Source: Phoenicibacter sp. (GTDB taxonomy: Bacteria > Actinomycetota > Coriobacteriia > Coriobacteriales > Eggerthellaceae). Taken from it: a DNA stretch of 64,000 nucleotides. The notes below the pieces were generated by a model. That model saw only the letters and a list, made by a program, of their open reading frames with translations. It was not told the origin of the DNA and made no database searches. Positions 12,385 through 24,402 of this stretch are shown here, piece by piece (position 1 is the stretch's first letter; each line of letters starts with the position of its first letter). The stretch lies in NCBI GenBank assembly GCA_045641605.1, contig JAZUHG010000017.1, forward strand, positions 13,711-77,710. Reading direction: 5' to 3'. A program made the translations under genes and the position numbers.

Positions 12385-13740
12385 ATGAAAGTTAAGGTTG
12401 AAGAATTAAAAGACAATAAGGTAAAGGTTGCCGTAAGCTTTACAAAAGACGAGGTAGATACTGCTATTTCGAAGAAGTATGCTGAGCTTGCTAGCAAGTA
12501 TAAGTTTCCAGGCTTTAGGGCTGGTAAAGCTCCACGTCCAGTTGTGGACAATATGTTTACAAAAGCTGGTGTATTAGGCCAGGTAACTGAGGACTTAATT
12601 AATGATAATTACCCTTTGTCTGTTGACGATGCTAATATTTTCCCAGTTGGACAGCCAGATTTCGGAAAAGATGAGTCCAATATGGTTGAAGAGGGCAAAG
12701 TATTTAGTTTTGAATACACAATTCAAGTTGCTCCTAAATTTAGCTTGTCTAGCTACGAAAAGGTAAAAATTACAATGCCTTCGGCTGATCCTACAGAAAA
12801 AGAGATTGATGCACAGTTAGACCAGTTTAGAGAGCATTATTTTACTTACGAGGACGCTGGAGCTTCGGAGAAAGCAAAGGCCGATAGCACTTTATCGCTT
12901 AAGATGTCTGCAAAAGACGACGAAGACAAGGAAATCGAAACTTTGACAAACGACAAGCTTAGCTATCATTTGGGATCTAAGTTTTTACCTGATGAGTTTG
13001 AGAAAAAGCTTGTAGGTTCTAAGAAAGGCGATAAATTTAACTTTACTATTAAAATGCCTGATAGTCCTACTGTTTATACTCAGGCATTGCAAGGCAAAAC
13101 CAAGAATATTAAGTTTAATGTTGAAGTAAATGGCATTCAAGTTAAAAAGCTTCCTAAGATTGATGATGAATTTGCTAAGAAGAATATGGGTTTTGATACA
13201 GTTAAGGAACTTCGTGACCAAATTTCTCAGCAAATCAGTCAAGAAAAAGCAAGGATGTTGCCGCTTCTTCGTGAGAATAAGTGTTTGGATGAATTGTCTA
13301 AGCGCTTGAAGGGTGATGTGCCTAAACAGGTTTGCGAACAGAAGGAAGCCCAGCTACTTCAAGACTTTTTCGGTCAATTACAACAAGCTGGTATGACTTT
13401 CGATCAGTATTTAGCTCAGCAGAATTTGGATGCTGATAAATTTAAGGCTGATCTTAAAAAGCAGGCTGCCGATGTTGCCAAACAAGATGCTGCTTTGGAT
13501 GCATATGCCGAGAAAAAAGGACTTCTTGCAACTGATAAAGAGGTTGAGGCAGAATTTAAAAATGGCGACCCAAAGAATTGGGAAAAATTATATGAAGATT
13601 GGCGTAAACGTGGTGAGCTTCACATCGTTCGACAGGCAATTTCTAGAATGAAAGCTGCAAAAGACCTTGTAGATAATGCTGATGTTAAGATTGAGGCCGA
13701 TAAGAAGCCTGTAGCGAAGAAGGCCCCGGCAAAGAAGTAA
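12385..13740 (+). CDS. tig: Trigger factor
   Basis: N-terminal 'KFPGFRAGKAPRPVV' ribosome-binding signature (GFRxGxxP). Length 451 aa. Located upstream of clpP-clpX. Confidence 0.9.
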   Translation: MKVKVEELKDNKVKVAVSFTKDEVDTAISKKYAELASKYKFPGFRAGKAPRPVVDNMFTKAGVLGQVTEDLINDNYPLSVDDANIFPVGQPDFGKDESNMVEEGKVFSFEYTIQVAPKFSLSSYEKVKITMPSADPTEKEIDAQLDQFREHYFTYEDAGASEKAKADSTLSLKMSAKDDEDKEIETLTNDKLSYHLGSKFLPDEFEKKLVGSKKGDKFNFTIKMPDSPTVYTQALQGKTKNIKFNVEVNGIQVKKLPKIDDEFAKKNMGFDTVKELRDQISQQISQEKARMLPLLRENKCLDELSKRLKGDVPKQVCEQKEAQLLQDFFGQLQQAGMTFDQYLAQQNLDADKFKADLKKQAADVAKQDAALDAYAEKKGLLATDKEVEAEFKNGDPKNWEKLYEDWRKRGELHIVRQAISRMKAAKDLVDNADVKIEADKKPVAKKAPAKK

Positions 13741-13812
13741 ACCAATGAATACCGTTTTATTAATAATAATTATTTTGTTGTTATTGAGGAGAAGAAAGAA
13801 ATAGGAGGGACA

Positions 13813-14421
13813 ATGAAGTTAGAAAGTGTTTCAAAAAATACATTAGTACCTTATGTTGTTGAGCAAAGTGACAGAGGTGAGCGCAGCTATGATATTTATT
13901 CTCGTTTATTAAATGACAGGATTATTTTCTTAGGCGAGCAAATTGACGATGCTGTTGCAAATACTGTTGTTGCTCAGCTTTTGCACTTAGAAAATTCTGA
14001 CCCCGAAAAAGATATCTCGTTGTATATAAATAGCCCAGGTGGATCTGTTACTGCTGGTCTTGCTATTATGGATACAATGAATTTTATCAAGCCAGATGTA
14101 TCAACAGTTTGTGTTGGTCTTTGCGCCAGTATGGCTGCCGTTCTTTTGGCAGCTGGCAAAAAAGGTAAGAGATTTGCTCTTCCTAATTCTACAATTTTGA
14201 TTCACCAGCCAATGGGACAAGCTCAAGGTCAAGAAACTGAGATTTCTATTGTTGCAGAACAAATCAAAAAGACTCGCGCACAGTTAAATAAAATTTTGGC
14301 TGATGCAACTGGTCAAGACTTAAAAACTATTCAAAAGGATACAGATAGGGATAACTATATGAATGCTGAAGAAGCTAAAAAATATGGCCTTATCGATAAG
14401 ATTCCTAGTGTTCACAAATAG
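13813..14421 (+). CDS. clpP: ATP-dependent Clp protease proteolytic subunit
   Basis: '[19 protein letters not shown]', catalytic '[11 protein letters not shown]', 'ILIHQPMG'. GGAGGG SD. Confidence 0.95.
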   Translation: MKLESVSKNTLVPYVVEQSDRGERSYDIYSRLLNDRIIFLGEQIDDAVANTVVAQLLHLENSDPEKDISLYINSPGGSVTAGLAIMDTMNFIKPDVSTVCVGLCASMAAVLLAAGKKGKRFALPNSTILIHQPMGQAQGQETEISIVAEQIKKTRAQLNKILADATGQDLKTIQKDTDRDNYMNAEEAKKYGLIDKIPSVHK

Positions 14422-14428
14422 AGGATAA

Positions 14429-15910
14429 ATGGCGAAGAAAAGTCAAAATACCGATAACAAAGTTTCTGAATTGACCGATGACATGGTTTGTTCTTTTTGT
14501 GGCAAAACTGGCACTATGGTTGCTGGCATGATTGAAAACGGCAACGGCTCATATATTTGCGACGAGTGTGTTGCGACTTGTATAGACACTTTTAAAAAAG
14601 AACTTAACCTAAATTTGTCAGATAAGGGTAGCGGTACTGGTTCGCTTACAGAGGCTGAACTTCGCAATATAGCCATGATGGATGCCATGCGTAATATCTC
14701 TAATGATTATCGCGGTACTTATGTGGCTGATGAGGTGGTTTACACCACTGAAGATAAAAAGAAAGAGCCGATCGTACTAAAGAATCTTCCAACTCCAAGC
14801 GAGATGTTTGATATTTTGTCTGAATATGTTATTGGGCAAGATGATGCAAAAAAGGCTTTGAGTGTAGCTGTCTATAATCACTATAAGCGCTTGCAAATTT
14901 CAGGTGTTGCTAAAGGCGATGATAAAGCTAATTCTAAAGCTGAGATTCTATCTAAAGAAGATACTGAAATTTCGAAGAGTAACATTTTGCTTTTGGGACC
15001 TACAGGTTCTGGTAAAACTTTGCTTGCTCAAACTCTTGCTAACATTTTGCAAGTTCCTTTTGCAATTGCCGATGCTACTGCGCTTACCGAAGCAGGCTAT
15101 GTTGGCGAAGACGTGGAAAGTATCTTGCTTAAGCTAATTATTGATGCAGATTTTGATGTAGAGACTGCTGAACTTGGCATTATCTACATTGATGAGATAG
15201 ATAAAATTGCTCGCAAAGGCGAAAATGTAAGCATTACAAGAGATGTTTCTGGGGAAGGCGTCCAGCAAGCATTACTCAAGATTGTCGAAGGCTGTCAAGC
15301 AAACGTACCTCCAAAAGGTGGTCGTAAGCACCCAGAACAAGAGCTAATCCCAATTAAGACTGACAATATTTTGTTCATCATTGGTGGTGCTTTTGTAGGA
15401 CTTACAGACATAATTGCTAAACGTGTTGGCGATAGCGAAATTGGCTTTAGTGCAAAAAGCACAAAGAAGAAGAATGACAAAGAGGCTGAGCTATTAAAGC
15501 AAGTTTTGCCTCAAGACCTAACGAAGTATGGAATGATTCCAGAATTTGTTGGAAGAATTCCAGTTGTAACTTCGCTAAAGGCTCTGGAGAAAGAAGATTT
15601 AATAAAAATTTTGACTGAGCCAAAGAATTCGTTATTAAAACAATATACAAAGATGTTTGCTTATGAAAATGCAGACTTAATTTTCGATAAAAAAGCATTG
15701 AGTGCAATTGCAGAAGAAGCCATTAAGCAAAAAACAGGTGCGCGTGGACTTCGAAGCATTTGCGAGAGGGTTTTGATGGATGTCATGTATCAATTACCTG
15801 ATATTCCAGGTCCAAAAGTTGTCAATGTAACCGAAGACGACATCTTAGGCAAAACAAAACCTGAAATTAAAAAGAAAAAACAAGGATCTAGTAAAAGTTC
15901 TAAAAAATAA
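14429..15910 (+). CDS. clpX: ATP-dependent Clp protease ATP-binding subunit ClpX (with extended linker after the zinc-binding domain)
   Basis: Zn-binding 'CSFCGK...CDECV', '[15 protein letters not shown]', '[10 protein letters not shown]', 'GARGLRSI'. 493 aa, about 60 aa longer than typical between the ZBD and the AAA+ module. Confidence 0.95.
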   Translation: MAKKSQNTDNKVSELTDDMVCSFCGKTGTMVAGMIENGNGSYICDECVATCIDTFKKELNLNLSDKGSGTGSLTEAELRNIAMMDAMRNISNDYRGTYVADEVVYTTEDKKKEPIVLKNLPTPSEMFDILSEYVIGQDDAKKALSVAVYNHYKRLQISGVAKGDDKANSKAEILSKEDTEISKSNILLLGPTGSGKTLLAQTLANILQVPFAIADATALTEAGYVGEDVESILLKLIIDADFDVETAELGIIYIDEIDKIARKGENVSITRDVSGEGVQQALLKIVEGCQANVPPKGGRKHPEQELIPIKTDNILFIIGGAFVGLTDIIAKRVGDSEIGFSAKSTKKKNDKEAELLKQVLPQDLTKYGMIPEFVGRIPVVTSLKALEKEDLIKILTEPKNSLLKQYTKMFAYENADLIFDKKALSAIAEEAIKQKTGARGLRSICERVLMDVMYQLPDIPGPKVVNVTEDDILGKTKPEIKKKKQGSSKSSKK

Positions 15911-15912
15911 TT

Positions 15913-18567
15913 ATGGCAGATACTAATCAAAATGAGAAAGATCAAAAAATCTTTAATGACTGGAAGGATGCTGGTTATTTTTCCAGGACGGCTGGATTTG
16001 GTCCTCATAAGGGTGAGAGCTACACAGTTGTAATTCCGCCACCAAACATTACTGGAAAGCTTCATATGGGTCATGCCTTAAATGATGCTATTCAAGATTC
16101 GATTATTAGGCGTGCCAGAATGCAAGGCTACCAAACCAGGTGGGTTTTAGGGACCGATCATGCTGGTATTGCAACTCAAACTAAGGTTGATAAGCATTTA
16201 GCTGACCAGGGCATTAACCGTCGCGAGATTGGTCGCGAGAAGTTCATTGAGGCTTGTCAAGATTGGCGTAAGGAATATGGTAACACCATCGTAAATCAAA
16301 TTAAGATGATGGGCTGTTCTGTCGATTACGACGACGAAAAGTTCACAATGAGCGAGGAATTTTCGCGAGCGGTTCGCCAGCTCTTCGTCGATTGGTATCA
16401 CAACTATTTGATTTATCGTGGTAAGCGAATTGTTAACTGGTGTCCGCATTGTACAACGGCAATTGCCGATGACGAGGCCGAATACGAGGACGAACATGGC
16501 CACTTGTGGTATTTGAAATACCCATTGGAAGAGCCAGTTGATGGAATTGACTATGTATTAATTGCAACAACACGTCCAGAAACAATGCTGGGCGATACTG
16601 GTGTTGCTGTTAATCCAAAAGATGATCGCTACAAAAAACTTATTGGTAAGAATTTGATATTGCCAATAGTGGACCGAAAAATTCCAATCTTTGATGACTT
16701 TTATGTTGATAAAGAATTTGGTACTGGTGCGGTTAAGGTTACTCCGGCACACGACCCTAACGATTACGCAATGGGTAACAGACATGACCTTGAGCGTATT
16801 AATGTCTTTGATGAGACTGCGCATGTGGTTGAGGGTTACGGCAAGTTTTCTGGCATGAGTGCCTTGGAAGCTCGCGAAGCTATTGTTGAAGAGTTCGAAA
16901 AGCTTGGCCTTTTGGATCATATCGAAGATCATGATCACAGTGTTATGCATTGTTATAGATGCCATACAACTTTGGAGCCATGGCTTTCGGAGCAATGGTT
17001 TGTAAACGTTGAAGAGCTTAAAAAGCCTGCTCTAAAGGTTGTTCAGGATAAAGAAATTAAGTTTTTCCCAGACCGCTGAAGCCAGGTTTATCTTGATTGG
17101 TTAGAAAATTTAAAGGATTGGTGTATTTCTCGCCAACTTTGGTGGGGCCATCAAATTCCTATGTATTATTGTGATGAATGTGGTTGGCAAGATGCCAGCG
17201 TTGATAAAATTGACAAGTGTCCAAAGTGTGGTGCGGAAGTTCGTCAAGACGAAGACGTTTTGGATACTTGGTTTTCTTCTCAACTTTGGCCTTTTGCTAC
17301 ACAAGGTTGGGTAGATGGTGACCCAGATGGAGATCTAAAGAACTATTATCCAACCCAAGTTCTATCTACCGCACGTGACATCATGGGACTTTGGGTTGCT
17401 CGTATGGTTATGGCTTCGGAGTATTGCATGAAGGATATTCCATTTGAGCATGTTTTGATCCATCCAACAGTAATGGGTGCCGATGGCAAGCCTATGAGCA
17501 AGAGCCGGGGCAATGGTGTTGATCCAATTGACTTAATTAATGACTTCGGCGCGGATGCTATGCGTTTTGGTTTGCTAACTCAAGTTACCGGAACCCAAGC
17601 AATGCGCTTCGACAAGCAAAAGATTGAAACTTCCCGAAACTTCGCTAATAAGATTAGAAATGCTTCGCGTTTTGTTTTAATGAATATGGAAGATTTCTCC
17701 GAAGACGAGGCAAAACCTGTTGCAAAAACTGCTGTTGACAAGTGGATTTTATCACGCTTGGCAAAACTTGTCCAAGGTGTTGACAAAGCTTATGAAACTT
17801 ATGACTTTGGTGAGATTACCAAAGACTTATATACATTTTTCTGGAATGAATTTTGCGATTGGTACATTGAATTTAGCAAGAGTAGGCTTAACGGAAGTGA
17901 TGCCGAAGATAAAAAAGCATGCCAAAATAATTTGTTGTTCATTTTGGACACATCGCTTCGTCTTTTGCATCCAATTATGCCTTTTGTTACAGAAGAGATC
18001 TATCAAGAGCTTCCAATTAAGAAAGAGCAGAAGCATTTAATGATGAGCGCTTGGCCAAACTTCGATGATTTGAAATCTTTTATCGATGATGATGCTGAAG
18101 CCGAGGTCGTAAATGTTTGTGTTTGTGTTGGAAGTGTTCGTTCGATCCGTGCGCGTTATGGAATTTCTCCAAAACAAGCATTGGATGTTGTTGTTAAACC
18201 AAAAGATGATAAGCTTACTAAGCTAATTTCTGCTCAGGAAAACTTGATTGCCAAGTTAGCCAATACTTCGGAGTTTAGTGTCGATAAAGCCGCTAAAAAG
18301 CCTGACCAATCAAGCGTTGTGGTTGCTAACAATCTTGAAATTTACATCATCTTGAAGGGCCTTGTAGATTTTGAGGCAGAAAAAGCCCGCCTTACTAAAG
18401 AGATGGATGCTTTGAGCAAAGATGAGGCTATGTTTAGCAAGAAATTGAGCAACCCTGGATTTTTGAAGAACGCAAAGCCAGAGGTTGTTGAGAAAGACAA
18501 AGCTAAGCTTGCAAAAATTCAAGAAAATCTAGAGCGCTTAAAATCTCAAATCAAAGAACTGGGGTAG
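15913..18567 (+). CDS. valS: Valine--tRNA ligase
   Basis: '[13 protein letters not shown]' HIGH motif, '[15 protein letters not shown]', 'KMSKS' variant 'PMSKSRGN', and a C-terminal coiled coil. One TGA at 17077-17079 ('FPDR W SQVYLDW') joins the two track ORFs. Confidence 0.95.
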
Positions 18568-18570
18568 GCC

Positions 18571-19875
18571 ATGAGTTTACCTTTAGTAGCAATAGTCGGC
18601 AGACCTAATGTCGGCAAATCAACCTTCGTTAATAGGATCAGTGGACGCGATGAAGCCATCGTTCATGAGATGCGTGGTGTTACTCGTGATCGCTCCTACC
18701 ATGATGCAGATTGGAATGGCGTTAAGTTTCGCATGATTGACACTGGTGGTATTGAAGTTTCTAGCAGTGATCAATTCCAAAATTCCATCAAGGCTCAAGC
18801 TCTTGCAAGTACCGAAGAAAGCGATTTGATTGTTTTTATCGTGGATGGTCAAACTGGTATCCAGCACGAGGATCAAGAGGTTGCTAACATTTTGAAGCGT
18901 TCAAAAAAACCTATCATGTTGGTAGTTAACAAGATTGATGACCCTTCAAAAAATGATGATATTTATGAGTTCTATAAGCTTGGTGTGGGGGACCCTTATG
19001 CGATTTCTGCATTACATGGTCATGGTACAGGTGATTTTTTGGATGATATGGTTACAAAATTTGAGGTAACCGAAGACGAGGATGACGACTCCATCAAGAT
19101 TGCCATCATTGGACGCCCTAACGCTGGCAAGAGCTCTCTCACAAATTGCTTAACGGGAGAAAATCGCGCAATTGTATCTGACGTTGCGGGAACCACACGT
19201 GATAGCATTGATACTATCGTTGAGCGAAACGACCAAAAATATACAATTATTGATACTGCTGGTCTTCGTAAGAAAAGTGCAATTGACGAGGATGTTGAGT
19301 ATTATTCATTTGTTCGTGCACTTCGAGCAATTGATAAAGCTGACGTAGCTGTCCTGGTTATTGATTCCACTCTTGGTCTTACTGACCAAGATCAACGTGT
19401 TGCTGGGATGGCTAAAGAGCGCGGATGTGCCCTCGTCATCGTTTTAAATAAATGAGATGTTGTTGGCGATGCCAGACGTAAGGCAGAAGTCCGCGAACGT
19501 TTAAATGACCGAATGGAATTTGTTGGATATGCAAAGGTTGTTTCTGCAGTTGCTCTAACGGGTAAGAAAGTTGCTCACATTTGGGATGCAATTGATGCTG
19601 CATATGCTAATTTCTCTAAAAAACTTCCAACCAACAAGCTTAACAATTGGCTTATGGGAATTAAAGAGACAGGCTTTACAGTTACGAAGGGCAAAAAAGT
19701 ACTTCGTTTGAAATATATATCTCAAACTGGGTCAATGCCACCACATTTCACTGTTTTTGTAAACCATGCAAGTGTTGTAAATGATAACTTTGAGCGTTTT
19801 TTCGAGAATAAAATGAGAGATAGTTTTGATTTAGAAGGTACTCCAGTAACATTCAGGTATAAAACAAGGGGATAG
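18571..19875 (+). CDS. der: Ribosome-associated GTPase Der/EngA
   Basis: Two G domains ('GRPNVGKST', 'GRPNAGKSS'). TGA 19453-19455 falls in the G4 motif 'VLNK W D'. KH-like C-terminus. Confidence 0.95.
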
Positions 19876-19877
19876 TT

Positions 19878-20624
19878 ATGGCTGAAACACAAAATAAGCA
19901 AGTTAAAAAGAAAGCAAAGATTGTAGCTATTGTTGCAAATAGCGAATTTAACGAAGCAAACTTTATGAAGAGTTTGCAAGGCGGCATGTTTGCAAGCATT
20001 ATTGCAGTAGATGGCGGTTACAGACATCTTGAGTCGCGCGGAATTGTTCCAAACATTGTTATTGGTGACTTCGATAGCCTTGGTTATGTTCCCAAAGAAG
20101 ATAAACAAGCAAGTGTTCAACTTAAAGAGGATGTTGATGCTGGTACACCAAAAAATATTCGCGTAATGCAATACCCCGAAGATAAGGATAAAACTGATCT
20201 TGAACTTGCCATTGACGAAGCAATTAATATGAAAGCACAAATTTTAATGGTCTATGGCGCTTTGGGTGGAAAGCTAGACATGACCATGTCTTCGATACAA
20301 ATGTTAAGTCATATTGCAGACCATCGTATCGGAGTATTTTGTGTTGGAACAAAAGAAGCATGCGCTGTTGTCAACGGGCCTTCGGAATTTGGACTTGGAA
20401 TTCCAAACGTCGATAGTTTAGATAAAAGGATTTCAATTTTATCTTTGACCGATGTATCTTTGATTGAGGCTTCATCTGGACTTAAGTGACCATATACAAA
20501 CACAGCACTTACCAATAGCATGTCTCTTGGAATCTCAAATGAAATTGTTGGAAACCCAATGAAACTCAAAGTTAAAATGGGTAAAGTCCTACTCGTTTTT
20601 TCTTCAGGATTATTAGGTAAATAA
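19878..20624 (+). CDS. thiN: Thiamine pyrophosphokinase
   Basis: 'VIGDFDS', 'DKDKTDLELAI'. The C-terminal thiamine-binding part is recovered after TGA 20487-20489 ('GLK W PYTNTALTNSMSLGISNE'). TAA at 20622-20624. Confidence 0.75.
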
Positions 20625-20658
20625 ATTTGATTTGAGTTATAATGTGCGCTTGCAACGT

Positions 20659-20733
<75 letters not shown>

Positions 20734-20838
20734 TTTTTTTCTACTGTATATAATTATCTTTCGATATCTTTACCAATAACCTAAGTTATGTATTTACATC
20801 TTCGCTGTGATTTAGTATTAGAATTTTGATATTAATTT

Positions 20839-20869
20839 AGAAAAAAGGCCACTAAAAATAAGTGGCCTT
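20839..20869 (-). terminator. Rho-independent terminator closing the ycaO / small-ORF unit
   Basis: Minus-strand aaggccact-tattttt-agtggcctt followed by tttttc. 9-bp stem, located 21 nt after the small-ORF stop. Confidence 0.6.
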
Positions 20870-20889
20870 ATAGCGAAATTGAAAAACAA

Positions 20890-20955
20890 TTAGCGGCAAA
20901 TTAATACTACGCCACCATCTTCTGGTTCAATTTCGATGCCGATTCCGTATTTCAT
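20890..20955 (-). CDS. Unannotated 21-codon ORF (MKYGIGIEIEPEDGGVVLICR) immediately downstream of ycaO
   Basis: AAGGGAGG Shine-Dalgarno 4 nt upstream of the ATG, the same spacing as xylB here. It starts 40 nt after the ycaO TAA and is followed by an intrinsic terminator. No homology is known to me, and coding status is unproven. Confidence 0.4.
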   Translation of the reverse strand: MKYGIGIEIEPEDGGVVLICR

Positions 20956-20995
20956 AATACCTCCCTTCGACATGCATTTTATTATAACATAATAA

Positions 20996-22780
20996 TTAAT
21001 TGTTATATTCTGACATAGCCTTAAGAATAAGTTTGGCTTTTCTAAAGGGGAAGAAAAATATTGAGCTTTCCAGCATTTTTCGATAATCTGGATACTCAAG
21101 CTTTAAAATTTTAGATGTATCACTAAACAAAGAATTAATATAAGAAAATGCTTTTTGATTAAATATAAATCTAATATATTCTGAAGCTTCTTTATGGCTT
21201 AAACCATTACTACGAAATTCTAAATATGCCTTCATAGAATCTACTTGCAAACGTGCTTCTTCGGAAACATTATTTAATTTTTGGATAACACAATAAATAT
21301 TTAAAAATTCTCTATATGCTTTTTCAAAATCTTCAAGCATTACATAAAGCATTACGCCAAAGTATTTAGCACCGTATATCGAACCACCCATTGAAACTTT
21401 TAGGTTTTTACATGGCGGCAAGTAAGAAAACAGTGAATTCATAAATAACTGGTCAGAATAATAATTAAAAAGTTCTAGAATAATTTTTGCCGAATTTTTA
21501 CTAATATTTGAAATATCCAAAAATAAATTTTTTACATAGTCTCTCTTGATCAAATTTAACAGATCTGTTTCGTTGTTGTTACAAATTTCTGACATTCCTG
21601 GGATAATTACATGGAATGCTGGAAATCCAAAACATGTTGCGTCTCTAACTAAAATCTGGTAATTAAATTTTTCAATCTTTTTAACCAAAACATTTAGCAT
21701 ATCTGAATTGCTTGAATATTTTGATTCTAGTTTGTTTAAGGAAAACTTACCAGATGATTTTAAAATTTCTAATGGATAAATTCCGCTTCCATCTACAAAT
21801 GCATTGTTTATTGATTCTTTTGAAATTTTTGCATCCATAGTTTCAAATTTTGCTGTTTTTGAAAAAGTTTCTATTTGCCTTCCTTGTGTAGATTCTGTGA
21901 AAACTCTTTCGATAGCAATCTCGCAACATGGGTGACACCCAAAATTTACGCCCAAAGTTCCAGTTTTAGAATTTACAATTATCAATGCTGCAACAGGTCA
22001 AACACCACCTAACGAAGCATCTTTTAAATATACATTTATGCCCTCTACGGTTTTTAACTTCTTTCAGGTGCTATATAAATTTGGATATTTTTTAATATAT
22101 GATTCGGGAATGTCTGGTAAAGACAGTCTTTTTTGAATAACCAATCGGTGTACATATCTTTCAATAATCTCTGAAATTCCTTCAACAAGAGCCTCGTCTT
22201 TAGAATTCCCGGCAGCCATTCCATTACTTCAATATGTTATATCTGTTAAATATCTTGGTAAGTAATCTACCTTATTATTCGAAATATTATAATAGGGAAG
22301 ACATAAGTATTTATTTCTTTTGTTTAGGGCAGAATATTTGTTGTAACAATATTTATCAAATCACTCGCTCTTTTCTTTAATACTTAAGGACGATTTTTTA
22401 TTATACTTAAAGAGCAAATTTATAACGTCAGATCTTTGAGATATAATTTCTTTAGATGTTAAAAATTTTTCATCCTTTGAAATTAGAGGCCGTAAATCAT
22501 GTCCGTAATAATTAAAAATGTTGAAAAGTTTATGGTTTTGTAAACGTTCAAAAAATTCCCCGTACGCACTTGCCAACGCTAAATCTTTTGTAGCACCTTT
22601 ACCATTAGTCCCTATATTTGTATCTTTTATGAAAAGTCTTAACGAATAAGTTGAAATTTCACTAGCAGAATTCCATTGCTCTTCAACTTCTATATGTAGT
22701 TTTTTTAAAATAGACTTTAAATACGTAACAGTATCTTTTGGATTTCTATCTTTATATCTATTTTCTAAAAACGAATCCAT
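20996..22780 (-). CDS. ycaO: YcaO-family protein, E. coli YcaO type (YcaO domain plus C-terminal TPR-like domain)
   Basis: ORFs 22361..22780 and 20996..21985 are in frame. I translated the gap by hand and it is open with 4 TGA. 'TNGKGATKDLALASAYGEFFERLQN', 'YWSNGMAAGNSKDEALVEGISEIIERY' and 'SLGGVWPVAALI...FGCHP...IERVFTESTQGR' align closely with E. coli YcaO as I recall it. Confidence 0.85.
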
Positions 22781-22842
22781 GGATCCTCCAGACTTTTAAT
22801 TAAAAAAATTAATATATGAGTTATATTTTACTGCGACTTTAC

Positions 22843-22851
22843 ATTGTAGCA
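22843..22851 (-). promoter_or_regulatory. Possible extended -10 (TGcTACAAT) upstream of ycaO
   Basis: The minus strand reads ...gaaaaTGcTACAATgtaaag..., about 60 nt upstream of the ycaO ATG. The ATG itself has a GGAGG SD. Confidence 0.35.
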
Positions 22852-22938
22852 TTTTCTCATCACCTTAATTAAAGCTTTGATTATTTATTATTAAATAAAC
22901 TAGTCTTATGTTAAAATTTTAAATAGATTAAAGGACGT

Positions 22939-23808
22939 ATGATGGCAGATAAAAAAGTTGTTTTAAGTGCAGATAGCACTTGTGATTTAAACGAAGAATT
23001 AAAAAAGCAATATGATGTAAATTACTATCCTTTCTATATCAATTTCCGTGATAAGGATTATAAAGATGGTGTTGATATCTTCCCAAATGACCTATTTAAG
23101 GGTTATTATGAAGATAAATCTCTTCCAAAAACTGCGGCTAGCAGTATTGGTGAGTTTACTGAGCACTTCAAGCAATTTACGGACAAGGGGATGGATGTTG
23201 TTCACATAAGCCTTGGTCATGCCTTGTCTTCGGCGTACGCGAATGCTTCTATGGCGGCCGAGCAAATGGATGGGGTTTATGTTGTTGATTCCAGAAACCT
23301 CTCCAGTGGATCTGGTCAGCTTGTAATTCGTGCTGGAAAAATGATTGAAGAAGGCAAGTCCGCCAAGGAAATTGCCGAAGAGCTTGAGAAAATTGCAGAT
23401 CATGTTCATTCGTCATTTGTTTTGGACACGCTTGACTTTATGGCAGCTGGAGGAAGGTGCCCTGCTGTTGCTGCAAAAGCTGCTGGAATGCTTAAGTGCA
23501 AGCCATATTTGAGTGTTGATAATAACGATGGGTCGCTTCATATTGGAAAGATGTATAGAGGAAAGCAAGACGTTGTTTTAAAGAAGTATATTGAAGATGA
23601 GCTTGGTAAATATGATGACATTGTTACAGATGAGATTTTCTTAACCAATTCAACTGGTTTCGAAGACAGCTACATTGACGAGCTAGAGAAATTGATCAAA
23701 AAATTAGTACCGTTCAAGCATGTTCGTAAGACTATTGCTAATTGCACTATTTCTAGTCATTGTGGACCTAAATGCTTGGGTATTTTGTTTGTAACTAAAT
23801 GGGATTAA
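22939..23808 (+). CDS. DegV-family fatty-acid-binding protein
   Basis: 'VVLSADSTCDL', 'PKTAASSIGEF', 'HISLGHALSSAY'; length and architecture typical of DegV. Confidence 0.85.
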   Translation: MMADKKVVLSADSTCDLNEELKKQYDVNYYPFYINFRDKDYKDGVDIFPNDLFKGYYEDKSLPKTAASSIGEFTEHFKQFTDKGMDVVHISLGHALSSAYANASMAAEQMDGVYVVDSRNLSSGSGQLVIRAGKMIEEGKSAKEIAEELEKIADHVHSSFVLDTLDFMAAGGRCPAVAAKAAGMLKCKPYLSVDNNDGSLHIGKMYRGKQDVVLKKYIEDELGKYDDIVTDEIFLTNSTGFEDSYIDELEKLIKKLVPFKHVRKTIANCTISSHCGPKCLGILFVTKWD

Positions 23809-23823
23809 TATTGGAGGTATATT

Positions 23824-24399
23824 ATGGATCTTAAAGTTACTGGAAGAAAATTTGCAATTACAGATTGGATGAAGGATTATTGCGATGAGAAAATTGGTTC
23901 TGCCGCACGTGTTTTTGATATTGATCCTTTAGAGATTGAAGTTGTATTAACTCAGGAGAAAAATCCTGCTAACCCTAAGCCTGCAAAGTGCGAGGTTACT
24001 CTTCGTGCTGCTGGTCATGTTATTCATGTTGAAGAAAACGAAGAAGAAATTCATGCTGCTATTGACGTTGCTTCTGCAAAGGTAACCCGTCAGCTTCGCA
24101 AATTTAAGACACGCGTTGTTGATAAGAGAAATCGCAGTAATGAAAAACAAGCTACCAGAGCTGCCGAAGGCGCGGTTGGTGATGAGCTTGACCTCGACGA
24201 GTTAATGGCTGACTTATCCAAGGATGACATTGTTAGAACCAAGGAGTTTGACCTTCGTCCTATGAAGTTGGAAGAGGCTATGGTTGACTTCGATTTGTTG
24301 GGCCATGATTTTTATATGTTCTTGGATGAAGAAACTGAAAAGGTTTGTGTTTTATATAATCGTAAAGATGGTGGATACGGCTTATTAAAACAGGCTTAA
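23824..24399 (+). CDS. hpf: Ribosome hibernation promoting factor (long HPF)
   Basis: N-terminal S30AE/RaiA domain ('LKVTGRKFAITDWMKDY') plus a C-terminal dimerisation domain ('VRTKEFDLRPMKLEEA...HDFYMFLD'). GGAGG SD. Confidence 0.9.
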   Translation: MDLKVTGRKFAITDWMKDYCDEKIGSAARVFDIDPLEIEVVLTQEKNPANPKPAKCEVTLRAAGHVIHVEENEEEIHAAIDVASAKVTRQLRKFKTRVVDKRNRSNEKQATRAAEGAVGDELDLDELMADLSKDDIVRTKEFDLRPMKLEEAMVDFDLLGHDFYMFLDEETEKVCVLYNRKDGGYGLLKQA

Positions 24400-24402
24400 T
24401 TC

